From IMG/VR virus record IMGVR_UViG_3300025941_000004: DNA of 53,854 nucleotides; one strand, given 5' to 3'. The notes below the pieces were generated by a model. The model ran no database searches and was not told where the DNA came from. It was given only the letters and a program-made list of their open reading frames with translations. Below, in pieces: positions 24,471 to 32,748 of this stretch (position 1 is the stretch's first letter; every line of letters begins with the position of its first letter). Source of the DNA: a virus. The position numbers and the translations under genes were made by a program.

Positions 24471-26564
24471 ATGGCTGGACTGATTGGTCTCGACTTCGAG
24501 ACGTATGGATCGGTGAGCCTGCCGAAGCACGGGCTCGCACGGTACGTGGCGGACCCGAACTTCCAGGCTCTGATCGGGAGCGTGGCATGTGAGGACAGCC
24601 GCGGCATCCTGCAGAAGGACACGTTCGACTTCACGTGCAACCGCAAGGTGAGCACGACCAGTCTGCGTGAGGCGATCGGTGATCGTCTGATCGTGGCGCA
24701 CAACGCCGGCTTCGAGCAGGCGGTGCTGGACTGGCTGGGTCTGGACTACCCGTCGAGTCGGTTCATCGACTCGGCGGTGGTGGCCCGTGCTGCTGGTGCA
24801 GGTGGTGGCCTGGCTGCTGCTGCGCCGCAGCTGCTGGGTGTGGACAAGATGGCCAGTGGCATGGATGGCATCAAGCTGTTCTCGATGCCGGGTCTGTGCC
24901 AGGAGGCGAACGAGGATCTCGCGTTCGACCCGAAGATCGTCGAGCTCTACCCGGATCAGTGGACGGAGTTCATCGAGTACTGCGAGCTGGATGCGACGCT
25001 GTCGTTCCAGCTGGCGAAGCACTACATGGTGCGGCTGACCAAGGCTGAGACCGAGTACATGCAGATGACGATGGACATGAACCGTGCTGGTTGGACGGTC
25101 GACATCGAGTCGGTTGAGGAGATGCATCGCCGGTACCTGGAGAACCAGGACGCTGCACTGGCTGAGTTCCGTGCGACGTGTGCGTCGCCGGACCTGAACC
25201 TCAACAGCCTGAAGCAGATGAAGGAGTGGTGTGCTGACCGTGGCGTGAAGGCTACGTCGTTCGACGAGAAGCATGTTGCTGCGCTGCTCGGGAAGATCGA
25301 GGCGAAGCTGCAGTCTGCTGGGTCGTTGGACCCGGACAAGGCTGCGGGCTACGCCGAGGTGATGCACCTGCTGCAGACCAAGCAGGTGCTGGGTGGCAGC
25401 AGCTTGAAGAAGCTGCAGGTCATCCTCGACACGGCTGCCGATGGCAAGCTGATGGACCAGTACCTGCACTGTGGTGCAGGTCAGTCGCTGCGCACTACGG
25501 GACGCAGCGTCCAGATGCAGAACCTGAAGCGGCTCGCTGATCCTGCGGACATGAGCACACTGGCTGATCCTGCCTCGGAGTGGGACAACACGACGATGGC
25601 GCAGAACCTGCGCCAGGTGTTCACATCCAGCCACAAGGCTGGCCGGCTGATCGTCGGTGACTTCAGTTCGGTGGAGTCACGCGGTCTGGCATGGGCAGCG
25701 GGCGAGCAGTGGAAGCTGGACGGCTACCACTTGGGCTACGACATGTACAAGCAGGGCGCAGCCATGCAGTTCGGTGTCACCTATGAGCAGGTGACCAAGG
25801 AGCAGCGGCAGTTCGGCAAGGTGGGTGAGCTGAGCTGTGGCTACCAGGCTGGGCCTGATGCGGTGAAGGACTTCGCCGAGAAGATGGGTGTGATCCTGTC
25901 GGAGGCTGAGGCTACGAAGATCGTGTGGGACTGGCGTGATGCCAACCCTGCGATCGTTGCGTTCTGGGACAAGCTGGACCAGATGCTGAACGAGGTGGTG
26001 GACACCGGTCGGATGCAGGCGTTGTCGCTTGCTGACGGGTACAACCTGTACCTCGAGCCGGTCACCACACCGAAGTCGTTGCACGACCAGGTGGGTGTGA
26101 CCGTGTCGTCCATCGAGATGCGGGTGCATCACCCTGTGGCAGGGACGCTGTTGAAGCGGTACTTCCACGGGTGCTACCGGCGTGGCCGGAACGTGGCGTA
26201 CCACAAGCCGTCGGATCGTAAGACCGGCGACCTGTGGAAGAACCACTACGTGGATCCGAAGACCAAGCAGATCCGGTTCTTCGAGCTGTACGGCGGGAAG
26301 CTGGCCGGCATCCTGACGCAGTCGCTGTGCCGTGAGATCTTCATGCGTGCAGCGGTGGTCGTGGCGCAGTGGTGTGAGCAGAGCAACCAGCTTCAGCTGG
26401 TCGGTCAGTTCCATGACGAGCTGGTGGTGGACTGGGTGCCGACTGCGCAGATCAGTCCAGCCGGGGCGAAGAAGACGTTGAAGATACTGATGTCTGATGC
26501 TGCTCCGATGAAGTCGTTCCCGCTCGCGGCGGAGGTCCACTCGGACTACCGCTACATCAAGTGA
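24471..26564 (+). CDS. Family A DNA polymerase with 3-5 exonuclease domain (697 aa)
   Basis: Exo motifs GLDFETYG, HNAGFEQ, YCELDATL. Pol motif A IVGDFSSVESR, motif B RQFGKVGELSCGYQAG, motif C QFHDELVV. GAAGGAGG upstream of ATG 24471. Confidence 0.9.
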   Translation: MAGLIGLDFETYGSVSLPKHGLARYVADPNFQALIGSVACEDSRGILQKDTFDFTCNRKVSTTSLREAIGDRLIVAHNAGFEQAVLDWLGLDYPSSRFIDSAVVARAAGAGGGLAAAAPQLLGVDKMASGMDGIKLFSMPGLCQEANEDLAFDPKIVELYPDQWTEFIEYCELDATLSFQLAKHYMVRLTKAETEYMQMTMDMNRAGWTVDIESVEEMHRRYLENQDAALAEFRATCASPDLNLNSLKQMKEWCADRGVKATSFDEKHVAALLGKIEAKLQSAGSLDPDKAAGYAEVMHLLQTKQVLGGSSLKKLQVILDTAADGKLMDQYLHCGAGQSLRTTGRSVQMQNLKRLADPADMSTLADPASEWDNTTMAQNLRQVFTSSHKAGRLIVGDFSSVESRGLAWAAGEQWKLDGYHLGYDMYKQGAAMQFGVTYEQVTKEQRQFGKVGELSCGYQAGPDAVKDFAEKMGVILSEAEATKIVWDWRDANPAIVAFWDKLDQMLNEVVDTGRMQALSLADGYNLYLEPVTTPKSLHDQVGVTVSSIEMRVHHPVAGTLLKRYFHGCYRRGRNVAYHKPSDRKTGDLWKNHYVDPKTKQIRFFELYGGKLAGILTQSLCREIFMRAAVVVAQWCEQSNQLQLVGQFHDELVVDWVPTAQISPAGAKKTLKILMSDAAPMKSFPLAAEVHSDYRYIK

Positions 26565-26568
26565 CAGA

Positions 26569-26622
26569 CCAAGAGAGCCGTAGCCCGGCGGAACGGAGTG
26601 ACGCCGGGCACGGCCCTCTTGG
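26569..26622 (+). terminator. 21-bp stem-loop with two mismatches
   Basis: CCAAGAGAGCCGTAGCCCGGCG-(11 nt)-CGCCGGGCACGGCCCTCTTGG. Confidence 0.4.
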
Positions 26623-26640
26623 GAGAAAGGAACAAGCAAG

Positions 26641-27120
26641 ATGAGTGTGACACATGTGGTCGGCATAGATCCAGGCCTGGTTCACACAGGCATGGTGAGC
26701 ATGCTGTTCAACCTCGACAACCAGACGATCAACCTGCTGGACAGGGTGATCGACGGGCCGGATGCACGAGCAGTGCGGGCATCCATCCCGCTGCTCGGGC
26801 CGAAGCCGGTGAAGTTCATCGAGGGCTACCGCCCGAGGTCGAACTTCTACGGCGACAACAAGATGGTGCAGACCGTGGCCGAGATGGCACGGGAGATCAA
26901 GGCCACCGTCGTACCCAACATGGGTGCCAAGCAGATGGTGAGGCAGCCGTTGATGGAGCTGCTGGGTGTGTGGAAGTTCTCGACTGTCACACACCACCAG
27001 GACCTGCGTGCTGCTGCACGCATCGCTGTCTACGGCATGTTGAAGGACGACGAGCTGAACGACCTGATCGCCACCGTGGTACGTGACCACGTCGACGGTC
27101 ATACGTGGAGGATCACGTAG
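26641..27120 (+). CDS. RuvC-like Holliday junction resolvase (159 aa)
   Basis: VVGIDPGLVHTG (first catalytic Asp), FIEGY (Glu), THHQDLRAAARIA (H-x2-D). Confidence 0.75.
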   Translation: MSVTHVVGIDPGLVHTGMVSMLFNLDNQTINLLDRVIDGPDARAVRASIPLLGPKPVKFIEGYRPRSNFYGDNKMVQTVAEMAREIKATVVPNMGAKQMVRQPLMELLGVWKFSTVTHHQDLRAAARIAVYGMLKDDELNDLIATVVRDHVDGHTWRIT

Positions 27121-27153
27121 AAAAAATTTCGCAACCACCAGAGAGGAACAGGC

Positions 27154-27474
27154 ATGACAATGATCGAGCCTCGAGAAGAGGCAACGACGGAGATCGTCGC
27201 GGAGGTGATCGACGGTAGACGTGGAGTCTACGGTCAGCCGACCGAGACGTTCGCACGAGTGGCGCAGATCTGGTCCGGTATCACCGGCCACGAGATCAAC
27301 GCGTGTGACGTGCCGCTGATGCTGATGGGCTACAAGATCCTGCGTACGCAGGTGTGCCCCACGTACAGCGACAACAGTGATGACATCGAGGGGTACCTTG
27401 CGATCTTCCGGGAGATCGTGGGTGAGGACATGGTCCACGCCCGGTCGGTGTCTGAGTACCTGGAGAAGCGATGA
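27154..27474 (+). CDS. Conserved phage protein of unknown function (106 aa). Pattern R-x3-YG ... K-x2-R ... D-x2-GY.
   Basis: GAGAGGAA upstream of the ATG. RRGVYGQPTETFARVAQIWS...MGYKILRTQ...SDDIEGYLAI resembles a family common next to phage DNA-metabolism genes (from memory, not verified). Confidence 0.5.
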   Translation: MTMIEPREEATTEIVAEVIDGRRGVYGQPTETFARVAQIWSGITGHEINACDVPLMLMGYKILRTQVCPTYSDNSDDIEGYLAIFREIVGEDMVHARSVSEYLEKR

Positions 27475-27644
27475 CCGCGCTCGAGTTCTACATCGAGGAG
27501 CTGCGTGCAGCACTCGCTGACAACGACACGCGGAAGATCCGCCGGATAGCGCTCAGCGTGATCCACGCCTACGACGCGGAACAGGAGGAAGCAGATGAGC
27601 AGCGGCAGAGCGCAGACGATGCAGCTGGTGAAGGACCTGCGTAA
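27471..27644 (+). CDS. Possible 57-aa ORF overlapping the HicA-like gene start by 50 nt
   Basis: ATGA-coupled to the upstream gene. Translation MTALEFYIEELRAALADNDTRKIRRIALSVIHAYDAEQEEADEQ... Below the track threshold. Confidence 0.3.
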   Translation: MTALEFYIEELRAALADNDTRKIRRIALSVIHAYDAEQEEADEQRQSADDAAGEGPA

Positions 27645-27795
27645 GCAGGGGTTCGAGGTGGAGCGCACGGGGTCGGGTCACTGGAAGGTGACCCACCCTG
27701 CGCGGGGTGGGTGTGTGGTGATGGCGTTCAGCCCCAGCCATACCGGCCAGCACCTGACGCTGAAGCGTCTGAGGAAACTGGGGTACCGGCCATGA
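27595..27795 (+). CDS. HicA-like (mRNA-interferase fold) protein (66 aa)
   Basis: AGGAGGAA upstream. LVKDLRKQGFEVERTGSGHWKVTHP...VVMAFSPSH...LKRLRKLGY fits the HicA pattern (xGF...GSxH...vp.H). Confidence 0.6.
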   Translation: MSSGRAQTMQLVKDLRKQGFEVERTGSGHWKVTHPARGGCVVMAFSPSHTGQHLTLKRLRKLGYRP

Positions 27796-28112
27796 CGGAG
27801 ATCGAGGAGCCGACACCACCGTGGCTGACAGCGAAGATCGACCAGCGCGTGGCGCTGATGCTCGACACGCTGGGCCCGGCTGTGTCCGGGTTCGATGAGT
27901 ACACCGTGGTGATGACTCCGTTGACCGAGCCGGAGGAGGACGCGACGCCGGCTGAGATCCAGCGGTGGGAGCGGGCCTGCGACAACTGCGGTAGGTACTG
28001 CCATGTGGGTGAGAACTTCTTCACCGGCCACCTGGTGCGGAACGTTGAAGGTCACCAGGTGATCTTCATGTTCGGTGCCTGCCCCGAGTGTGCGAGGAAG
28101 GGAAGGTCATGA
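27792..28112 (+). CDS. Zinc-ribbon protein (106 aa)
   Basis: ATGA overlap. CDNCGRYC...ACPECARKG (two CxxC pairs). Confidence 0.55.
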   Translation: MTEIEEPTPPWLTAKIDQRVALMLDTLGPAVSGFDEYTVVMTPLTEPEEDATPAEIQRWERACDNCGRYCHVGENFFTGHLVRNVEGHQVIFMFGACPECARKGRS

Positions 28113-29293
28113 CCGAGACACTGGATGCGATCGCATCCCGGATCGGGTTGAGGTTCTTCGACTACCAGATCGAGGCACTCATCAACGCTGGGCAGCAGAC
28201 CGGGCCGGCGCCCAGGCTGTGCCTGTACTACAAGACGGGTGCCGGCAAGACGTTGACTGCCCTCGCCGCGGTGAAGCGGTGGGGTCACAACGAGGTGGTG
28301 GTGATAGCGCCACCCTCGACACACAACGACTGGATGCTGCTCGGGTTCAAGCTGAAGGTCGTGGTCGAGTGCATGTCGCACGCGAAGTTCCGTGCCAAGA
28401 ACGTCCGGCTGAGCCGGACGAAGGCGATCATCGCGGACGAGTTCCACCTGTTCGGTGGTCACCGTGGTCAGGGCTGGACCAAGCTGAAGCGGTTGGCTCA
28501 GGGGTTGGAGGCGCCGCTGGTGCTGGCGTCTGCGACGCCGAACTACAACGACGCGGAGCGGGTGTTCTGCATCCAGTCCATCCTGGACCCGATGTCAGTG
28601 AAGGGTGGGTACATCCAGTTCCTGTACGACAACTGTGAGCTCGAGGCGAACCCGTTCGGGCGGGAGCCGCTGGTGGTCGGGTTCATCCGGCACGCCAACG
28701 CAGCCGAGTACCTGGCTGCGTTGCCGCTGGTGGAGTACCTCGAGGACGACCTGGTCTACCAGATCGTCGATCACATGGTGCCGACGTACCCGCCGGACGA
28801 GCTGACGAGGTACGGGTTCAACCGGCGCAGGCACCGGATCATAGCGAGTGCGATCGAGGAGCGTCACACCCTGGCGTTCCAAGGGCTGGTGGGCCAGGAT
28901 GGACGGATCCATCAGCACGTGCTCGACCATCTCGACACCATCGGGGCTGTTCGTCCGGTGCTGATCTTCTGTGCCCACGCCACTGTGGCGGAGGCTCTTG
29001 ACCTGTCCCTCGCGGACGCTGGACTCAGGGTGGGTCTGGTCACCGGACAGACGCCGGCCAAGAAGAAGAGCGCAAGACTTGAAGCATTCAAGGATGGCGT
29101 GCTCGATGTGCTGGTAGGGACAGCGACCCTGGCCACCGGCACCGATGGGCTGGACAAGGTGTGTGACTGGCTGGTCATCTTCGATGACACGGACGATGAC
29201 GCTCTGCGTCGTCAGCTGATCGGTCGGATCATGCCGCGTGGAATGGACGTGGACGCGAGCAGGAAGAACGTCCACCGCCTGGTACTGCAGTGA
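28109..29293 (+). CDS. Superfamily 2 (DEAD/DEAH-type) helicase (394 aa)
   Basis: Motif I KTGAGKT, motif II ADEFH, motif III SAT, motif VI QLIGRIMPRG. ATGA overlap with the upstream gene. Confidence 0.8.
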   Translation: MTETLDAIASRIGLRFFDYQIEALINAGQQTGPAPRLCLYYKTGAGKTLTALAAVKRWGHNEVVVIAPPSTHNDWMLLGFKLKVVVECMSHAKFRAKNVRLSRTKAIIADEFHLFGGHRGQGWTKLKRLAQGLEAPLVLASATPNYNDAERVFCIQSILDPMSVKGGYIQFLYDNCELEANPFGREPLVVGFIRHANAAEYLAALPLVEYLEDDLVYQIVDHMVPTYPPDELTRYGFNRRRHRIIASAIEERHTLAFQGLVGQDGRIHQHVLDHLDTIGAVRPVLIFCAHATVAEALDLSLADAGLRVGLVTGQTPAKKKSARLEAFKDGVLDVLVGTATLATGTDGLDKVCDWLVIFDDTDDDALRRQLIGRIMPRGMDVDASRKNVHRLVLQ

Positions 29294-29362
29294 CTTCCTC
29301 ACCTCGGTGAACGGGGAGGGTTGGCCCGACCCTGGGTCAACACCGAGAGGGAGGAGACGCCT

Positions 29363-29488
29363 GTGTCTGATGACATCGAGCGTCGTGTCAAGCGACTGCT
29401 GGACCAGCTGGAACGTCCGAATCTCCCCGACCACGAGGTCGAGGCGATCAAGGAGAAGATCGAGTTCCTCCGGGGACTGCAGTCGTGA
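29363..29488 (+). CDS. Possible 41-aa helical protein
   Basis: GGGAGGAG upstream of GTG 29363. GC3-rich frame VSDDIERRVKRLLDQLERPNLPDHEVEAIKEKIEFLRGLQS. Confidence 0.4.
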   Translation: MSDDIERRVKRLLDQLERPNLPDHEVEAIKEKIEFLRGLQS

Positions 29489-29495
29489 AAGGTGT

Positions 29496-29527
29496 GGCAG
29501 GGGCCGTTGCGTGAAGCGGCCCCTGCC
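29496..29527 (+). terminator. 11-bp perfect stem-loop
   Basis: GGCAGGGGCCG-(10 nt)-CGGCCCCTGCC. Confidence 0.4.
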
Positions 29528-29550
29528 CCACCGGGATGAAAGGAGCACGC

Positions 29551-30942
29551 ATGCTAGAGCCCAAGACCCGGAAGGAGCTGGCTACCTATGCCTTCAGTCT
29601 CGCTTCCGGTCATCAGCTGGTGCGCCACCGTGGCGTCACCTATATCCCTGCTGACTATGAGACCCGTGACGTGTCCGTTCCACCGGACATCGACCGTACC
29701 ATGTGGTTGCCGCTGAGCCTGGAACAGGTGGAGCGGATGGCTGCCGACGAGTTCGACATCTTGTTCGCCAACTCCTCGGAGCTGGTGAACTACGACTACA
29801 TGGTGGCGCAGAACGCCAGTCACAACGACAAGCCGGTGACGTCGTTGCTGGTCAGGACCCAAGCAGGGTTGAGAGAGCTGGATCACCGTGGTGATCTGGT
29901 GGCACCGAGTGGGGACTTCCGTCCCAACACGTTGGTGCCGATGCTGAACGAGGACAAGGCCGACAAGGACTACGTCTTCGAGGTTGTGTCGGGTTGGCTC
30001 AACTCCGACGAGGAGGCCGAGTCGTTCCTGAAGCACCTGGCGTCCAGCCTGTCACCAGGCTGGTCGGCAGTGAAGTACATCCTGCTGATCGGTGAGGGCA
30101 GGAACGGGAAGTCTGTGGCGTTGAAGATGCTGCAGCACCTGTTCGGTGCGGAGAACGTGTCGAGTGTGACTCGGCAGATGATCTCCGAGCAGAGCCCGGT
30201 GGTCACCGAGCTCAACGGGAAACTGCTGAACATCGTCTTCGACGGTCAGGCGGTGTACCTGAAGGACAGTGGAACGGAGAAGTCCCTGATCGCGGGTGAG
30301 CCCGTGTCGATCAGGAAGCTGTACGAGTCCAAGTCGACGCAGGTGCAGACGAACGCCTTGTTCCTCGAGGGTCTGAACCGTGAGCCGAAGACGAGCGACA
30401 AGTCTGCTGCCCTGCAGAAGCGGTTGGTCCGGTTCCAGTTCCCGAACGTGTACCGGCTGGACCACCGGTTCGAGCGGCGGATGCTGAGCGAGCGGATGCT
30501 CGGTGCGCTGCTGTCGCTGCTGGTCGACCGCTACATCCTCGAGGATGCGGTGGCCGGCGAGCTGGCGCCGACGAGTCGTGCGCTCGAGCTGCAGCTTGAG
30601 CAGATGCTGGTGAACTCCACGGGTCTGCAGTACTTGAAGTACGTGGAGGACACCGAGCCGAACGGGGTGAACTCCCTGTTCGGTGAGGAGTTCAGTGTGG
30701 TCGTGACGGGGTTCAAGTCGTGGCGGCTGCACACCGAGAACGATCTCGGTGGTTGGTCCGAGCCCGACGTGTTCGCTCAGTTCCAGCCGTTGCTGGAGAC
30801 CGAGCGGAAGTCGGTGAGGTCCAACGAGAAGGTGAGCAAGGTCAGGTTCGTGGTCGGCTTGAAGGAGGAGGCGGCTGCGTTCATGGAGACACAGAGAGCG
30901 GAGGATCCACATGACGACATCACTGCCTTGGTGGAGGACTGA
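29551..30942 (+). CDS. D5/P4-type superfamily 3 helicase (463 aa)
   Basis: Walker A LIGEGRNGKS, Walker B-like LLNIVFDG. AGGAG upstream of ATG 29551. Confidence 0.7.
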   Translation: MLEPKTRKELATYAFSLASGHQLVRHRGVTYIPADYETRDVSVPPDIDRTMWLPLSLEQVERMAADEFDILFANSSELVNYDYMVAQNASHNDKPVTSLLVRTQAGLRELDHRGDLVAPSGDFRPNTLVPMLNEDKADKDYVFEVVSGWLNSDEEAESFLKHLASSLSPGWSAVKYILLIGEGRNGKSVALKMLQHLFGAENVSSVTRQMISEQSPVVTELNGKLLNIVFDGQAVYLKDSGTEKSLIAGEPVSIRKLYESKSTQVQTNALFLEGLNREPKTSDKSAALQKRLVRFQFPNVYRLDHRFERRMLSERMLGALLSLLVDRYILEDAVAGELAPTSRALELQLEQMLVNSTGLQYLKYVEDTEPNGVNSLFGEEFSVVVTGFKSWRLHTENDLGGWSEPDVFAQFQPLLETERKSVRSNEKVSKVRFVVGLKEEAAAFMETQRAEDPHDDITALVED

Positions 30943-31759
30943 CGTCTACGACACCGAGGAACGGAACGTGGCGTTCATGAACTACGCCGGACCGAAGGGC
31001 ACCGCCCTGGTAAGGGTGTGGCCTGATGGTCGGACCGATACAGGCTGGGGACTTACGTCCACGTCCGGTCCGGGGTTCATGGAGAAGTACATGCGTGGCG
31101 AGTTCGACGAGCGTCGCATCCTGTACGGCTACCGCCGCGGCAGGTGGGCGTACGCCTACGTGATGCGGTCGGTGCTGCTGGTGTGCATCGACATCGACGG
31201 GAAGAACGGTGGGCTCGACCATGCCAAGAGGCTGGGCGTGCTGCCGCCGACGATGGCGGAGACGTCGAAGTCGGGAGACGGGTACCACCTGTTCTACGTC
31301 GTCGACGACAAGTGGGATGCGGTCAAGGGCTACGGCCTGCTGAACGATCGCATCGGTGTCGAGCAGGGCGTGGACTTCCGGGCGACCGGATGCGTCTACC
31401 ACTACGACACGCAGAGGTGGAACGGGAGGCAACCGGCCAAGCTGCCGGACCACCTGTTCCAGATCTTGAACGCACGCGATCAGAAGATCGCTGCGACCGC
31501 AGCCAGGATCACGAAGGTCCTGGCGAACGAGGATGAGATGGAGGTATTGATGATGCACGACGAGATCATCGACGACCTGAAGAAGCCGATGCCGCAGGGG
31601 AAGCGCAACCAGACCCTGTTCGCCATCGGCAGCCAGATGCAGCAGGCGCAGATCCCTGGCTGGGAGGAGCTGCTGCAGGACAGGGCGCTCGATGTCGGCC
31701 TGCCGGCGGACGAGGTCGCCAAGCTGGTGGCCAACATCAACAAGTACGGCCTGCCGTGA
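30911..31759 (+). CDS. Archaeo-eukaryotic-type primase-polymerase (PrimPol) with PriCT-like C-terminus (282 aa)
   Basis: CIDIDGKNGG (DxD), SGDGYHLFY, GVDFRATGCVYHY. C-terminal GKRNQTLFAIGSQM. Confidence 0.75.
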   Translation: MTTSLPWWRTDVYDTEERNVAFMNYAGPKGTALVRVWPDGRTDTGWGLTSTSGPGFMEKYMRGEFDERRILYGYRRGRWAYAYVMRSVLLVCIDIDGKNGGLDHAKRLGVLPPTMAETSKSGDGYHLFYVVDDKWDAVKGYGLLNDRIGVEQGVDFRATGCVYHYDTQRWNGRQPAKLPDHLFQILNARDQKIAATAARITKVLANEDEMEVLMMHDEIIDDLKKPMPQGKRNQTLFAIGSQMQQAQIPGWEELLQDRALDVGLPADEVAKLVANINKYGLP

Positions 31760-31974
31760 GCGACCCGATGGACTGGCAGCCCAAGATCGGCCAGGAAGTG
31801 TATGTCCTTGACCCGCTTGGGTATGAGGGCTACGCGGAGGTCGAAGAGGTTCAGCTGAAGCCACACCATTCGGTGCGGGTGAAGATGAAGAGCATCGTCG
31901 ACCGGACTGACCAGAGCAAGGTGGGCCAGTCCGTATGGGTACTCACCGGTCACGTTCACCTGGTGACGTCATGA
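31756..31974 (+). CDS. Hypothetical protein (72 aa)
   Basis: GTGA overlap. Track ORF. Confidence 0.5.
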   Translation: MSDPMDWQPKIGQEVYVLDPLGYEGYAEVEEVQLKPHHSVRVKMKSIVDRTDQSKVGQSVWVLTGHVHLVTS

Positions 31975-32147
31975 CCGACGAGTTCCACGCCAAGCAGCTG
32001 TCGCTGCCCTGCGCGTGGTGCGGGGCTGCGCCGGGTGATCGGTGCCGGTCGAAGTCCGGCAAGGCGGTGTCGTTCCACTCGCGTAGGTTCTACGCGGCGA
32101 AAGCTCAGCTGCGGCGTGAGCAGCAGCCGAGCCAGCGAGGGAAGTGA
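31971..32147 (+). CDS. Small zinc-binding basic protein (58 aa)
   Basis: ATGA overlap. LPCAWCGAAPGDRCRSKSGKAVSFH. Confidence 0.5.
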   Translation: MTDEFHAKQLSLPCAWCGAAPGDRCRSKSGKAVSFHSRRFYAAKAQLRREQQPSQRGK

Positions 32148-32150
32148 GAC

Positions 32151-32189
32151 GAGAGCCGGGACCCAATGGGTCTCGGCTCTCTCTTTTTT
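32151..32189 (+). terminator. Canonical rho-independent terminator
   Basis: 14-bp stem GAGAGCCGGGACCC-AAT-GGGTCTCGGCTCTC (one G-U pair), followed by TCTTTTTT. Confidence 0.8.
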
Positions 32190-32208
32190 GGGGGGTACGA
32201 TCTCGCTC

Positions 32209-32748
32209 ATGGCGTCACTGGATGACCAGAGTCTCCTGACCGAGATCGAGATTCTCTTGAAGAAGAGGTTCGACAAGGAGGAGGCCAACAAGCACCGTAT
32301 GCCGTCGACGGCACACGGTGCGCAGTCGGCAGCTCGGATCGACCAGCTGGTTCTGCCTGACGAAGAAAGAGCAAAAATGCCATTCACCAAGGACAAGTTC
32401 TTGGTGAAGGAGAACCCGCACTTGGTTCAGTGGGAGCGCGAGGTTCGCAAGTTCGAGCGCAACTTGTCGCCACAGACTGGTCACCGCATATCGGCTGTGA
32501 TGATCTACGAGTGGGCCACAGGGATTCGGGTGGCTGAGCTGATGGCCGATGGTGGTACGGCTGGACCTGATCTCATGAAGATCAACAAGTGCCTGCGCTT
32601 CTACTTCGGCAAGCCGTACATGACCTACATCTGTGGTCGCAAAGTGCTGAACGCATATCGGGTTCCACCCGGTTACTACATCCGCCGGCATCGTCCGATG
32701 ACGCTGACGTTGTACGCGGAGCACTGCGAGGGGACGCTCTATCCGTGA
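32209..32748 (+). CDS. Hypothetical protein (179 aa), possibly leaderless
   Basis: In-frame ATG 32209 lies 7 nt after TACGAT (TANNNT-type -10) and just after the terminator. No Shine-Dalgarno sequence. Confidence 0.55.
   Translation: MASLDDQSLLTEIEILLKKRFDKEEANKHRMPSTAHGAQSAARIDQLVLPDEERAKMPFTKDKFLVKENPHLVQWEREVRKFERNLSPQTGHRISAVMIYEWATGIRVAELMADGGTAGPDLMKINKCLRFYFGKPYMTYICGRKVLNAYRVPPGYYIRRHRPMTLTLYAEHCEGTLYP

Noticed and set aside
24150-25634. 494-aa minus-strand ORF antisense to the DNA polymerase gene (similarly 25677..26666, 21726..22919, 23728..24588, 28595..29548 and 30920..31864)
   Set aside because: These are antisense shadows of well-supported plus-strand genes. They have no motifs and a biased R/H/L/V composition.
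27888-27897. tRNA T-loop-like GGGTTCGATG
   Set aside because: It lies inside a GC3-rich CDS (27792..28112). No acceptor or anticodon stems can be drawn. I saw no other GGTTCGA(A/T)TCC-type element, so no tRNA is called.
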